The translations under genes and the position numbers were made by a program. From Antedon mediterranea (lineage: Eukaryota > Animalia > Echinodermata), in contig NC_092673.1 in assembly GCF_964355755.1 (NCBI RefSeq), forward strand, positions 27,277,648-27,341,647: DNA of 64,000 bases. Direction: 5' to 3'. Each line of letters opens with the position of its first letter. The first letter of the stretch is position 1. The notes under the pieces are model-generated. The model made no database searches, had not been told where the DNA came from, and saw only the letters and a program-made list of their open reading frames with translations. Of this stretch, positions 37,234 to 50,700 are shown piece by piece.

Positions 37234-40200
37234 CTAGACATGAAACTCGTCACTTTGACGAGTTAGTTATCCGCACGACAAACGCCACATGCACGTCATA
37301 CATTGGACACAGAAAAAGATTATGGCATATTGACATGATCTGAAGAGTATAATATGTTGTTAGTGCTAAATGCTGTATATTTTGTGTCATATACTATTTA
37401 CAGTATACATAGTATAATCTGTATACATATTAATACAGTGTAGGATAGGCGAAATTACGGGTCCCGTCATTTATTCCAATTTTTAACATGGTGACGGTAT
37501 GAAAATGAAACACTGATATAGCAATTTCGGAAGGAAATTATCTCAGCAACAACATATTAACGTGTAGAAGAAATTTTAATACGTAAAATATTAATGCGCG
37601 CTCTTTTAAATGTAATAAACTATGACGCAAAATATGAAAATACGACTTTTTTTATTTAACTGGCCATATGATGACGTCACAACATCCGATTTACCAAATG
37701 TTTACATGATTTTGTATCTACAATCCAATATCTTCCAGAAAACGTTTTAATCGTGATTATCACATTTTATTCTTACGAGCTATAACAGATTAAAATTTTC
37801 TGTAAAGATGAAATTAATGCCACATGTAATTAAAATTTTTAGGCATGATGACGTCATAATAATTAAAATATTTTTAACTCATGCGAAAGATAGTTGATTG
37901 ACCTAGACAATATCAAAATCGGGGTGAAAATGGAAAATGGATAAGTGGAGATGCGCTCTATTAAATGTGATGAGCTATGACGAAAGATACAAAAATCCTC
38001 AATTTTATATTCGCGTGGCCATACGATGACGTTAAAATGTCCGGTTAGCCATATTAATACATGATCCGATATCTACAACTCATCAACTTCCGGAATATGT
38101 CATCCACAAAAAGTTGACCGTGTAGTTTAGAAATTACGACTGTTTAAAAAAAGGCATAATTTTGACAAATTTTTGTACTTTTTCATCAAAAACGTGCGCA
38201 AATTGTCCAATTCGACGTGCTCGTATGACGTAACTTTAAGTCGAAAGTGTTTAAAAGTTGGTGAAATTACTATAAAAGGCTGGAAAATTATAAATCACGC
38301 GAAAAAAATATGTTTTGAATGCTACGTGCGCACCGCACACGTAAAAATGTGCGCACGCGTGGGAATTTTTTACATGCTTAAAATGACATGAAACGCGTAG
38401 AAAGTTGATTAGAAATTAATTTTGCGCATTTTGAAATTTTAAATGCGCGTGCGCGCGTAACTTTTTGTAAAACATGCCATTTTTAGTGCACTAACAGTTT
38501 GCCCTTGATATGACTTAAATTTCCATAAAGGGTAAAAAAAAAATTACTCTTGGTTTTTAAGCTATGATCAATCATTAAAAATCATAAAATCGCGCGCAAG
38601 TCACGTTGCGCAACTCTGACGTCATTCAAAATAGGAGATGCACAACTTCACGTAAATGCCCACATGTTGTCAAAGTTATAAAATGTTATGTTTACACATT
38701 TTAGAGAAACGTGACTCACAAAAAAATGGGAAAGAAATAAGAAGAATACAGAAAAAACTAGACATGAAACTCGTCACTTTGACGAGTTAGTTATCCGCAC
38801 GACAAACGCCACGTGCACGTCATACTCGTTGGAATTTTGAACACAGAAAAAGATAATGGCATTATGACCTGATCTGATCTGAAGAATATGATATGTTGTT
38901 AGTGCTGAATTCTGTCAATTTTGTATCATAGTATCAGTATAAACAGTATAATCTGTATACATATTACATACAGTGTAGAATAGGTGAAATTACGGGACCC
39001 GTCATTTATACCATTTTTTAACATGGCGACGGTATCAAAATGAAACACTAAAATAACAATTTCGGAAGGATATTATCTCAGCAACAACATATTAACCTGT
39101 AGAAGAAATTTGGATACGTGAAATATAGATGCGCGCTCTTTTAAATGTGATGAACTATGACGCAAAATATAAAAATACAACTTTTTTTATTCAACTGGCC
39201 ATATGATGACGTCACTACATCTGATTGGCAAAATGTTTACATGAATTCGTATCTACAATCCAATAGCTTCCAGAAAACGTTTTAATCGTGATTATCACAT
39301 TTTATTCTTACGAGCTATAACAGATTAAAATTTACTGTAAAGATGAAATTAATGACCCACGTAATTAAAATTTTTAGGCATGATGACGTCATCAAAATTA
39401 AAATATGTTTAACTCATGCGAAAAATAGTTGATTGACCTAGACAATGTTAAAATCTCGGTGAAAATGGAAGATGGATAAGCGTGATGCGCTCCATTGAAT
39501 GTGATGAGCAATAACTAAAGAGACAAAAATCCTATATTTTACATTTGTGTGGCCATATGATGACGTCACAACATCCGTGAAGAAAAAATTCTGCATGAAT
39601 TCATATCTACAACATAACTGCTTTCATATTAAATTAAAAAAATTAGGGGTAACGGTTGATCCTGAGGAGCTATAATAGATTCAAAATAGGCATAATTTTG
39701 ACAATATTTTGTAACTTTTGCAACTACAACGCACGCAAATGGTCTAAATCAACGTGTACGTATGACGTCATTTTAATTTGAAATGATGTTAATCTTTTTA
39801 AAAATGACTAGGAAAGGCTGGAAAATCACAATTTAATAGAAAAAAACATGATTTTCATGCTGCGTGCGCACTGCACGTGTAAAATTGTTCGCGTGCGCGG
39901 GAAATTTTGACATGCGCAAAATGTCATGAATGGCGTAAAAAGTTGATTAGAAATTAATTTTGCGCATTTTAAAATTTTAAATGCACGTGCGCGCGTAACT
40001 TCTTGTAAAACATGCCATTTTTAATCAACAGAAAGATTGCCCTTGATATGACTTAAATTTTCAGAAATTGTAAAAAAAAAAATTATGCTTGGTTTTTAAT
40101 CTAAGATCAATCATAAAAAATCATAAAATCGCGCGTAAGTCACATTGCGCAACTCTGACGTCATTCAAAATAGGAGGTGCACAACTTCACATAAATGCCC

Positions 40201-41791
40201 ATGTTTTGACAAAGTTATGAAATGTTATGTTTACCCATTTCAGAGAAACGCGTCTCACAAAAAGGAAGGAAAGAAAGAAGAACTAGACATGAAACTCGTC
40301 ACTTTGACGAGTTAGTTATCCGCACGACAAACGCCACGTGCACGTCATACGTTGGAATATTGCACACGGAAAAAGATTATGGCATTGTGACCTGAACTGA
40401 AGAATATGATATGTTTTTATTGCTGAATTCTGTTATTTTGTGTCATATAGTATACACAGTATAATCTGTATACATATCACATACAGTGTAGAATAGGTGA
40501 AATTACGGGACCCGCTATTTGTTCAAATTTTTAACATATTGACGGTTTCAAAATGAAACGCGAATGTAGCAATTTCGGAAGGAAATTATCTCAGCAACAA
40601 CATATTAACGTGTAGAAGAAATTTGAACACGTGAAATATTGATGCGCGCTCTTTTAAATGTAATGAACTATGACGCAAAAGATGAAAATACGACTTTTTT
40701 TATTTAACTGGGCATATGATGACGTCACAACATCCGATTGGCAAAATGTTTACATGATTTCGTATCTACAATCCAATAGCTTCCAGAAAACATTTTAATC
40801 GTGATTATCCCATTTTGTTCTTACGAGCGATAACAGATTACAATTTACTGTAAAGATGAAATTAATGACCCAAGTAATTAATATTTTTAGGCATGATGAC
40901 GTTACAAATATTAAAATATTTTTAACTCATGCAAAAGGTAGTTGATTGACATAGAAAATATTAAAATCTCGGAGAAAATGGAATACGGATAAGCGTGATG
41001 CGCTCTCATTGAATGTGATGAGCAATAACGAAAGAGACAAAAATCCTATATTTTATATTCGCGTGGCCATACGATGACGTCAAAATGTCCTGTTAGCCAT
41101 ATTAATGTATGATTTGATATCTACAACTCATCAACTTCCAGAATATGCAATAAAAATAACTTTCACCGTTTAGTTTAGAAACTACGACTGTTTAAAAAAA
41201 GGCATAATTTTGACGAATTTTTGTAGTTTTTCATAAAAAAAGCGCGCAAATTATCATATTCTACGTGCTCGTATGACGTAATTTGAAGTCGAAATTGTTT
41301 AAAAGTTGGTAAAATTACTAGAAAAGGCTGGAAAAACATAAATCACTCGAAAAAATGACGTTTTTAACGCTACGTGCGCCCCTCGCGCGTAAAAATTTGC
41401 GCACGTGTGGGAATTTTTGACATGCTCAAAATGACAAGAAACGCGTAGAAAGTTGATTAGAAATTGATTTTTCGCATTTTAAAATTTTAAATGCGCGTGC
41501 GCACGTAACTTCGTGTAAAACATGCCATTTTTAGTGCACAAAAAGTTAGCGCACGATATAAATTAGACTTTTGCTAAGTTTCAACTTAAATTGTTATATG
41601 GTTTTCGATCTATGTTAAATACGCGAAATTCATAAAAACGCGCGTAAGTCATGTTGCGCAACTCTGACGTCATTCAATTATAGGAAAGCACAACTTCACA
41701 TGATTGCCCATATGTTGACAAAGTTATAAAATGTTAACTTTACACGTTTTAGAGATACGCTCTGCACAAAAATGACAGAAAGAAAGAAGAA
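37234..41791 (-). mobile_element. Three long-type copies 20-22 (37234-38757, 38758-40282, 40283-41791), all with displaced 5' ends
   Basis: ctagacatgaaactcgtcactttgacgagttagttatccgcacg at each start; none retains its terminal hairpin in place. Confidence 0.83.
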
Positions 41792-44700
41792 CTAGACATG
41801 TAACTCGTCACTTTGACGAGTTTGGTTATCCGCCGCGCAAGTGGTGCAACATTAACATTAAGGGGATAGGTTGAGGACAAAAGGAAGTGTTCACGTTGGC
41901 ATTATGAACTGAACTGAAGAATATGATCTGTTGTTATTGCTGAATTTTATTATTTAAATTCATATATAGTATACACAGTATAATCTGTATCCATATCACA
42001 TACAGTGTAGAATAGGTGAAATTACGGGACCCGCTATTTATTACAATTTTTAACATGTTGACGGTTTTAAAATGAAACGCGAAGTTAGCAATTCCGAAAG
42101 GAAATTATCTCAGCAACAACGTATTAGCGTGTAGAAGAAATTTGAATACGTGAAATATTGATGCGCGCTCTTTTAAATGTAATGAATTATGACGCAAAAG
42201 ATGAAAATACGACCTTTTTTATTTAACTGGCCATATGATGACGTCACAACATCCGATTGGCAACATTTTTACATAATTTCGTATCTACAATCCAATAGCT
42301 TCCAGAAAAAGTTTTAATCGTGATTATCAAGTTTTATTCTTACGAGCTATAACAGATTAAAATTTACTGTAAAGATGAAATTGATGCCACACGTGATTAA
42401 AATTTTTAGGCATGATGACGTCAAAAAAATTAAAATATTTTTAACTCATGCGAAAGATACTTGATTGACCTAGACAAAATCAAAATCGGGGTGAAAATGG
42501 AAAACGGATAAGTGGAGATGCGCTCTATTCAATGTGATGAGCTATGACGAAAGATACAAAAATCCTAAATTTTATATTCGCGTGGCCATACGATGACGTC
42601 ACAATGTCCGGTTAGCCATATTAATACCTGATCCGATATCTACAACTCATCTACTTCCAGAATATGCCATCCACAAAAAGTTGACCGTCTAGTTTAGAAA
42701 TTACGACTGTTTTAAAAAAGGCATATTTTAAACGAATTTTTTAACCTTTTCATAAAAAACGCGCGCAAATTGTCCAATTCGACGTGCTCGTATGACGTAT
42801 CTTTAAGTCTAAATTGTTTAAAATTTGGTAAAATTACTAGAAAAGGCTGGAAAAATATAAATCACGTGAAAAAAGTACGTTTTCAATACTACGTGCGCAC
42901 CGCACACGTAAAAATGTGCGCACGCGTGGGAATTTTTGACATGCTTAAAACGACATGAAACGCGTAGAAAGTTGATTATAAATTAATTTTGCGCATTTTG
43001 AAATTTTAAATGCGCGTGCGCGCGTAACTTTGTGTAAAACACGCAATTTTTTTTCAACAGAAAGTTAGCGCATGATATAAATTAAACTTTTGCAAAGTTT
43101 CAAGTTGAAATGTTATTTGGTTGTCGAGCTATGTTAAATACGACAAAATCGTTAAATCGCGCGTAAGTCACGTTGCGCAATTGTAAACGTCATGAAAAGC
43201 TTCGCTTGACGACGTTACGTAAATGTCAATATGTTAAGATAGTTACCGAAATGTTATGTTTGCGAGTTTTAGAGAAAAGCGTTACACAAAAATCATACAG
43301 GTTGATTTCGTACAATCACAAGAGGTTATCCTGCAACTTCGTTGCGGATAACCAACTAGACATGTAACTCGTCACTTTGACGAGTTTGGTTATCCGCCGC
43401 GCAAGTGGTGCAACATTAACATTAAGGGGATAGGTTGAGGACAAAAGGAAGTGTTCACGTTGGCATTATGACCTGAACTGAAGAATATGATATGTTGTTA
43501 TTGCTGAATTTTATTATTTAAATTCATACATAGTATACACAGTATAATCTGTATCCATTTCACATACAGTGTAGAATAGGTGAAATTACGGGACCCGCTA
43601 TTTATTGCAATTTTTAACATGTTGGCGGTTTTAAAATGAAACGCGAAGGTAGCAATTCCGAAAGGAAATTATCTCAGCAACAACGTATTAACGTGTAGAA
43701 GAAATTTGTATACGTGAAATATTGATGCGCGCTCTTTTAAATGTAATGAATTATGACGCAAAAGATGAAAATACGATCTTTTTCATTTAACTGGCCATAT
43801 GATGACGTCACAACATCCGATTGGCAACATTTTTACATAATTTCGTATCTACAATCCAATAGCTTCCAGAAAAAGTTTTAATCGTGATTATCACATTTTT
43901 TTCTTACGAGCTATAACAGATTAAAATTTACTGTAAAGATGAAATTAATGCCACACGTCATTTAAATTTTTAGGCATGATGACGTCAAAAAAATTAAAAT
44001 ATTTTTAACTCATGCGAAAGAAACTTGATTGACCTAGACAATATCAAAATCGGGGTTAAAATGGAAAACGGATAATTGGAGATGCGCTCTATTCAATGTG
44101 ATGAGCTATGACGAAAGATACAAAAATCCTAAATTTTATGTTCGCGTGGCCATACGATGACGTCACAATGTCCGGTTAGCCATATTAATACTTGATCCGA
44201 TATCTAAAACTCATCTACTTCCAGAATATGTCATCCACAAAAATTTGACCGTCTAGTTTAGAAATTACGACTGTTTAAAAAAAGGCATATTTTAAACGAA
44301 TTTTTTAACCTTTTCATAAAAAACGCGCGCAAATTGTCCAATTGGACGTGCTCGTATGACGTATCTTTAAGTCGAAATTGTTTAAAATTTGGTAAAATTA
44401 CTAGAAAAAGCTGGAAAAACATAAATCACGCGAAAAAATACGTTTTCAATGCTACGTGCGCACCGCACACGTAAAAATGTGCGCACGCGTGGGAATTTTT
44501 TACATGCTTAAAACGACATGAAACGCGTAGAAATATGATTATAAATTAATTTTGCGCATTTTGAAATTTTATATGCGCGTGCGCGCGTAACTTTGTGTAA
44601 AACACGCAATTTTTTTTCAACAGACAGTTAGCGCATGATATAAATTAAACTTTTGCAAAGTTTCATTTTAAAATGTTGTTTGGTTTTCGACATATTTTAA

Positions 44701-47700
44701 ATACGAGAAAATCGTTAAATCGCGCGTACGTCGCGTTGCGCAATTGTAAACATCATGAAAAGCTTCGCTTGACGACGTTACGTGAATGTCAAAATGTTAA
44801 CATAGTTAACAAAATGTTATGTTTGCAAGTTTTAGAGAAAAGCGTTACACAAAAATCATACAGAAAGAAAGAAGATGAAAACTAGACATGTAACTCGTCA
44901 CTTTGACGAGTTTGGTTATCCGCCGCGCAAGTGGTGCAACATTAACATTAAGGGGATAGGTTGAGGACAAAATGAAGTGTTCACGTTGGCATTATGACCT
45001 GAACTGAAGAATATGATATGTTGTTATTGCTGAATTTTATTATTTAAATTCATATATAGTATACACAGTATAATCTGTATCCATATCACATACAGTGTAG
45101 AATAGGTGAAATTACGGGACCCGCTGTTTATTGCAATTTTTAACATGTTGACGGTTTTAAAATGAAACGCGAAGGTAGCAATTCCGAAAGGAAATTATCT
45201 CAGCAACAACGTATTAGCGTGTAGAAGAAATTTGAATACGTGAAATATTGATGCGCGATCTTTTAAATGTAATGAATTATGACGCAAAAGATGAAAATAC
45301 GACCTTTTTTATTTAACTGGCCATATGATGACGTCACAACATCTGATTGGCAAAATTTTTACATAATTTCGTATCTACAATCCAATAGCTTCCAGAAAAA
45401 GTTTTAATCGTGATTATCACATTTTAATCTTACGAGCTATAACAGATTAAAATTTACTGTAAAGATGAAATTAATGCCACACGTGATTTCAATTTTTAGG
45501 CATGATGACGTCTTAAAAATTAAAATAGTTTTAACTCATGCAAAAGATAGTTGATAGACCTAGGCAATATCAAAATTGGGGTGAAAATGGAAAACGGATA
45601 AGTGGAGATGCGCTCTATTCAATGTGATGAGCTATGACGAAAGATATAAAAATCCTAAATTTTATATTCGCGTGGCCATACGATGACGTCACAATGTCCG
45701 GTTAGCCATGTTAATACCTGATCCGATATCTACAACTCATCTACTTCCAGAATATGCCATCCACAAAAAGTTGACCGTCTAGTTTAGAAATTACGACTGT
45801 TTAAAAAAAGGCATAATTTTGACGAATTTTTGAACTTTTTCATCAAAAACGCGCCCAAATTGTCCAATTCGACGTGCTCGTATGACGTAACTTTAATTCG
45901 AAATTGTTTAAAAGTTGGTAAAATTACTAGAAGAGGCTGGAAAAACATAAATCACGCGAAAAAATAATGTTTTAAATGCTACGTGCGCACCGCACACGTA
46001 AACATTTGCGCACGCGTGGGAATTTCTGACATGCTTAAAATGACATGAAACGCGTAGAAAGTTGATTAGAAATTAATTTTGCGCATTTTGAAATTTTAAA
46101 TGCGCGTGCGCGCGTAACTTTGTGTAAAACACGGAATTTTTTTTCAACAGAAAGTTAGCGCATGATATAAATTAAGCTTTTGCAAAGTTTCAAGTTGAAA
46201 TGTTATTTGGTTGTCGAGCTATGTTAAATACGACAAAATCGTTAAATCGCGCGTAAGTCACGTTGCGCAATTGTAAACGTCATGAAAAGCTTCGCTTGAC
46301 GACGTTACGTAAATGTCAATATGTTAAGATAGTTACCGAAATGTTATGTTTGCGAGTTTTAGAGAAAAGCGTTACACAAAAATCATACAGAATGATTTCG
46401 TACAATCACAAGAGGTTATCCTGCAACTTCGTTGCGGATAACCAAAAAGTTGATGTTTATGATTTCGTACAATCACAAGAGGTTATCCTGCAACTTCGTT
46501 GCGGATAACCGTGACGAGTTTGGTTATCCGCCGCGCAAGTGGTGAAACATTAACATTAAGGGGATAGGTTGAGGACAAAAGGAAGTGTTCACGTTGGCAT
46601 TATGACCTGAACTGAAGAATATGATATGTTGTTATTGCTGAATTTTATTATTTAAATCCATATATAGTATACACAGTGTAATCTGTATCCATATCACATA
46701 CAGTGTAGAATAGGTGAAATCACGGGACCCGCTATTTATTGCAATTTTTAACATGTTGACGGTTTTAAAATGAAACGCGAAGGTAGTAATTCCGAAAGCA
46801 AATTATCTCAGCAACAACGTATTAACGTGTAGAAGAAATTTGAATACGTGAAATATTGATGCGCGCTCTTTTAAATGTAATGAATTATGACGCAAAAGAT
46901 GAAAATACGACCTTTTTTATTTAACTGGCCATATGATGACGTCACAACATCCGATTGGCAACATTTTTACATAATTTCGTATCTACAATCCAATAGCTTC
47001 CAGAAAAAGTTTTAATCGTGATTATCACATTTTATTCTTACGAGCTATAACAGATTAAAATTTACTGTAAAGATGAAATTACTGCCACACGTGATTTTAA
47101 TTTTTAGGCATGATGACGTCAAAAAAATTAAAATATTTTTAACTCATGCGAAAGATAGTTGATTGACCTAGACAATGTCAAAATCGGGGTGAAAATGGAA
47201 AACGGATAAGTGGAGATGCGCTCTATTCAATGTGATGAGCTATGACGAAAGATACAAAAATCCTAAATTTTATATTCGCGTGGCCATACGATGACGTCAA
47301 AATGTCCGGTTAGCCATATTAATACCTGATCCGATATCTACAACTCATCTACTTCCAGAATATCCCATCCACAAAAAGTTGACCTTCTAGTTTAGAAATT
47401 ACGACTGTTTAAAAAAAGGCATATTTTAAACGAATTTTTTAACATTTTCATAAAAAACGCGCGCAAATTGTCCAATTCGACGTGCTCGTATGACGTATCT
47501 TTAAGTCGAAATTATTTAAAATTTGGTAAAATTACTAGAAAGAGCTGGAAAAACATAAATCACGCGAAAAAAAATCGTTTTTCATTCTACGTGCGCACCG
47601 CACACGTAAAAATGTGCGCACGCGTGGGAATTTTTGACATGCTTAAAACGACATGAAACGCGTAGAAAGTTGATTATAAATTAATTTTGCGCATTTTGAA

Positions 47701-50700
47701 ATTTTAAATGCGCGTGCGCGCGTAACTTTGTGTAAAACACGCAATTTTTTTTCAACAGAAAGTTAGCGCATGATATAAATTAAACTTTTGCAAAGTTTCA
47801 CTTTAAAATGTTATTTCGTTTTCGACATATGTTAAATACGAGAAAATCGTTAAATCGCGCGTACGTCACGTTGCGCAATTGTAAACATCATGAAAAGCTT
47901 CGCTTGACGACGTTACATAAATGTCAAAATGTTAACATAGGTAACAAAATGTTATGTTTGCAAGTTTTAGAGAAAAGCGTTACACAAAAATCATACAGAA
48001 AGAAAGAAGAAAAATAAAAAGTTGATGTTGATGATTTCGTACAATCACAAGAGGTTATCCTGCAACTTCGTTGCGGATAACCAATGATGTTGATGATGAT
48101 GATTTCGTACAATCACAAGAGGTTGCAACTCGTCACTTTGACGAGTTTGGTTATCCGCCGCGCAAGTGGTGCAACATTAACATTAAGGGGATAGGTTGAG
48201 GACAAAAGGAAGTGTTCACGTTGGCATTATGACCTGAACTGAAGAATATGATATGTTGTTATTGCTGAATTTTATTATTTAAATGCATATATAGTATACA
48301 CAGTATAATCTGTATCCATATCACATACAGTGTAGAATAGGTGAAATTACGGGACCCGCTACTTATTGCAAATTTTAACATGTTGACGGTTTTAAAATGA
48401 AACGCGAAGGTAGCAATTCCGAAAGGAAATTATCTCAGCAACAACGTATTAGCGTGTAGAAGAAATTTGAATACGTGAAATATTGATGCGCGCTCTTTTA
48501 AATGTAATGAATTATGACGCAAAAGATGAAAATACGACCTTTTTTATTTAACTGGCCATATGATGACGTCACAACATCCAATTGGCAATATTTTTACATA
48601 ATTTCGTATCTACAATCCAATAGCTTCCAGAAAAAGTTTTAATCGTGATTATCACATTTTATTCTTACGAGCTATAACAGATTAAAATTTACTGTAAAGA
48701 TGAAATTTATGCCACACGTGATTTAAATTTTTAGGCATGATGACGTCAAAAAAATTAAAATATTTTTAACTCATGCGAAAGATAGTTGATTGACCTAGAC
48801 AATATCAAAATCGGGGTGAAAATGGAAAACGAATAAGTGGAGATGCGCTCTATTCAATGTGATGAGCTATGACGAAAGATACAAAAATCCTAAATTTTAT
48901 ATTCGCGTGGCCATACGATGACGTCACAATGTCCGGTTAGCCATATTAATACCTGATCCGATATCTACAACTCATCTACTTCCAGAATATGTCATCCACA
49001 AAAATGTGACCGTCTAGTTTAGAAATTACGACTGTTTAAAAAAAGGCATATTTTAAACGAATTTTTTAACCTTTTCATAAACAACGCGCGCAAATTGTCC
49101 AATTTGACGTGCTCGTATGACGTATCTTTAATTCTAAATTGTTTAAAATTTGGTAAAATTACTAGAAAAGGCTGGAAAAACATAAATCACGTGAAAAAAA
49201 TACATTTTCAATGCTACGTGCGCACCGCACACGTAGAAATGTGCGCACGCGTGGGAATTTTTTACATGCTTAAAACGACATGAAACGCGTAGAAAGTTGA
49301 TTATAAATTAATTTTGCGCATTTTGAAATTTTAAATACGCGTGCGCGCGTAACTTTGTGTAAAACACGCAATTTTTTTTCAACAGAAAGTTAGCGCATGA
49401 TATAAATTAAACTTTTGCAAAGTTTCACTTTAAAATGTTATTTGGTTTTCGACATATGTTAAATACGAGAAAATCGTTAAATCGCGCGTACGTCATGTTG
49501 CGCAATTGTAAACATCATGAAAAGCTTCGCTTGACGACGTTACGTAAATGTCAATATGTTAAGATAGTTACCGAAATGTTATGTTTGCGAGTTTTGGAGA
49601 AAAGCGTTACACAAAAATCATACAGAAAGAAAGAAGAAGAATAAAAAGACTAGACATGTAACTCGTCACTTTGACGAGTTTGGTTATCCGCCGCGCAAGT
49701 GGTGCAACATTAACATTAAGGAGATAGGTTGAGGACAAAAGGAAGTGTTCACGTTGGCATTATGACCTGAACTGAAGAATATGATATGTTGTTATTGCTG
49801 AATTTTATTATTTAAATTCATATATAGTATACACAGTATAATCTGTATCCATATCACATACAGTGACATACAGTGTAGAATAGGTGAAATTACGGGACCC
49901 GCTATTTATTGCAATTTTTAACATGTTGACGGTTTTAAAATGAAACGCGAAGGTAGAAATTCCGAAAGGAAAATATCTCAGCAACAACGTATTAGCGTGT
50001 AGAAGAAATTTGAATACGTGAAATATTGATGCGCGCTCTTTTAAATGTAATGAATTATGACGCAAAAGATGAAAATACGACCTTTTTTATTTAACTGGCC
50101 ATATGATGACGTCACAACATCCGATGGGCAACATTTTTACATAATTTCGTATCTACAATCCAATAGCTTCCAGAAAAAGTTTTAATCGTGATTATCACAT
50201 TTTATTCTTACGAGCTATAACAGATTAAAATTTACTGTAAAGATGAAATTGATGCCACACGTGATTTAAATTTTTAGGCATGATGACGTCAAAAAAATTA
50301 AAATATTTTTAACTCATGCGAAAGATAATTGATTGACCTAGACAATATCAAAATGGGGGTGAAAATGGAAAACGAATAAGTGAAGATGCGCTCTATTCAA
50401 TGTGATGAGCTATGACGAAAGATACAAAAATCCTAAATTTTATATTCGCGTGGCCATACGATGACGTCACAATGTCCGGTTAGCCATATTAATACCTGAT
50501 CCGATACCTACAACTCATCTACTTCCAGAATATGTCATCCACAAAAAGTTGACCGTCTAGTTTAGAAATTACGACTGTTTAAAAAAAGGCATATTTTAAA
50601 CAAATTTTTTAACCTTTTCGTAAAAAACGCGCGCAAATTGTCCAATTCGACGTGCTCGTATGACGTATCTTTTAGTCGAAATTGTTTAAAATTTGGTAAA

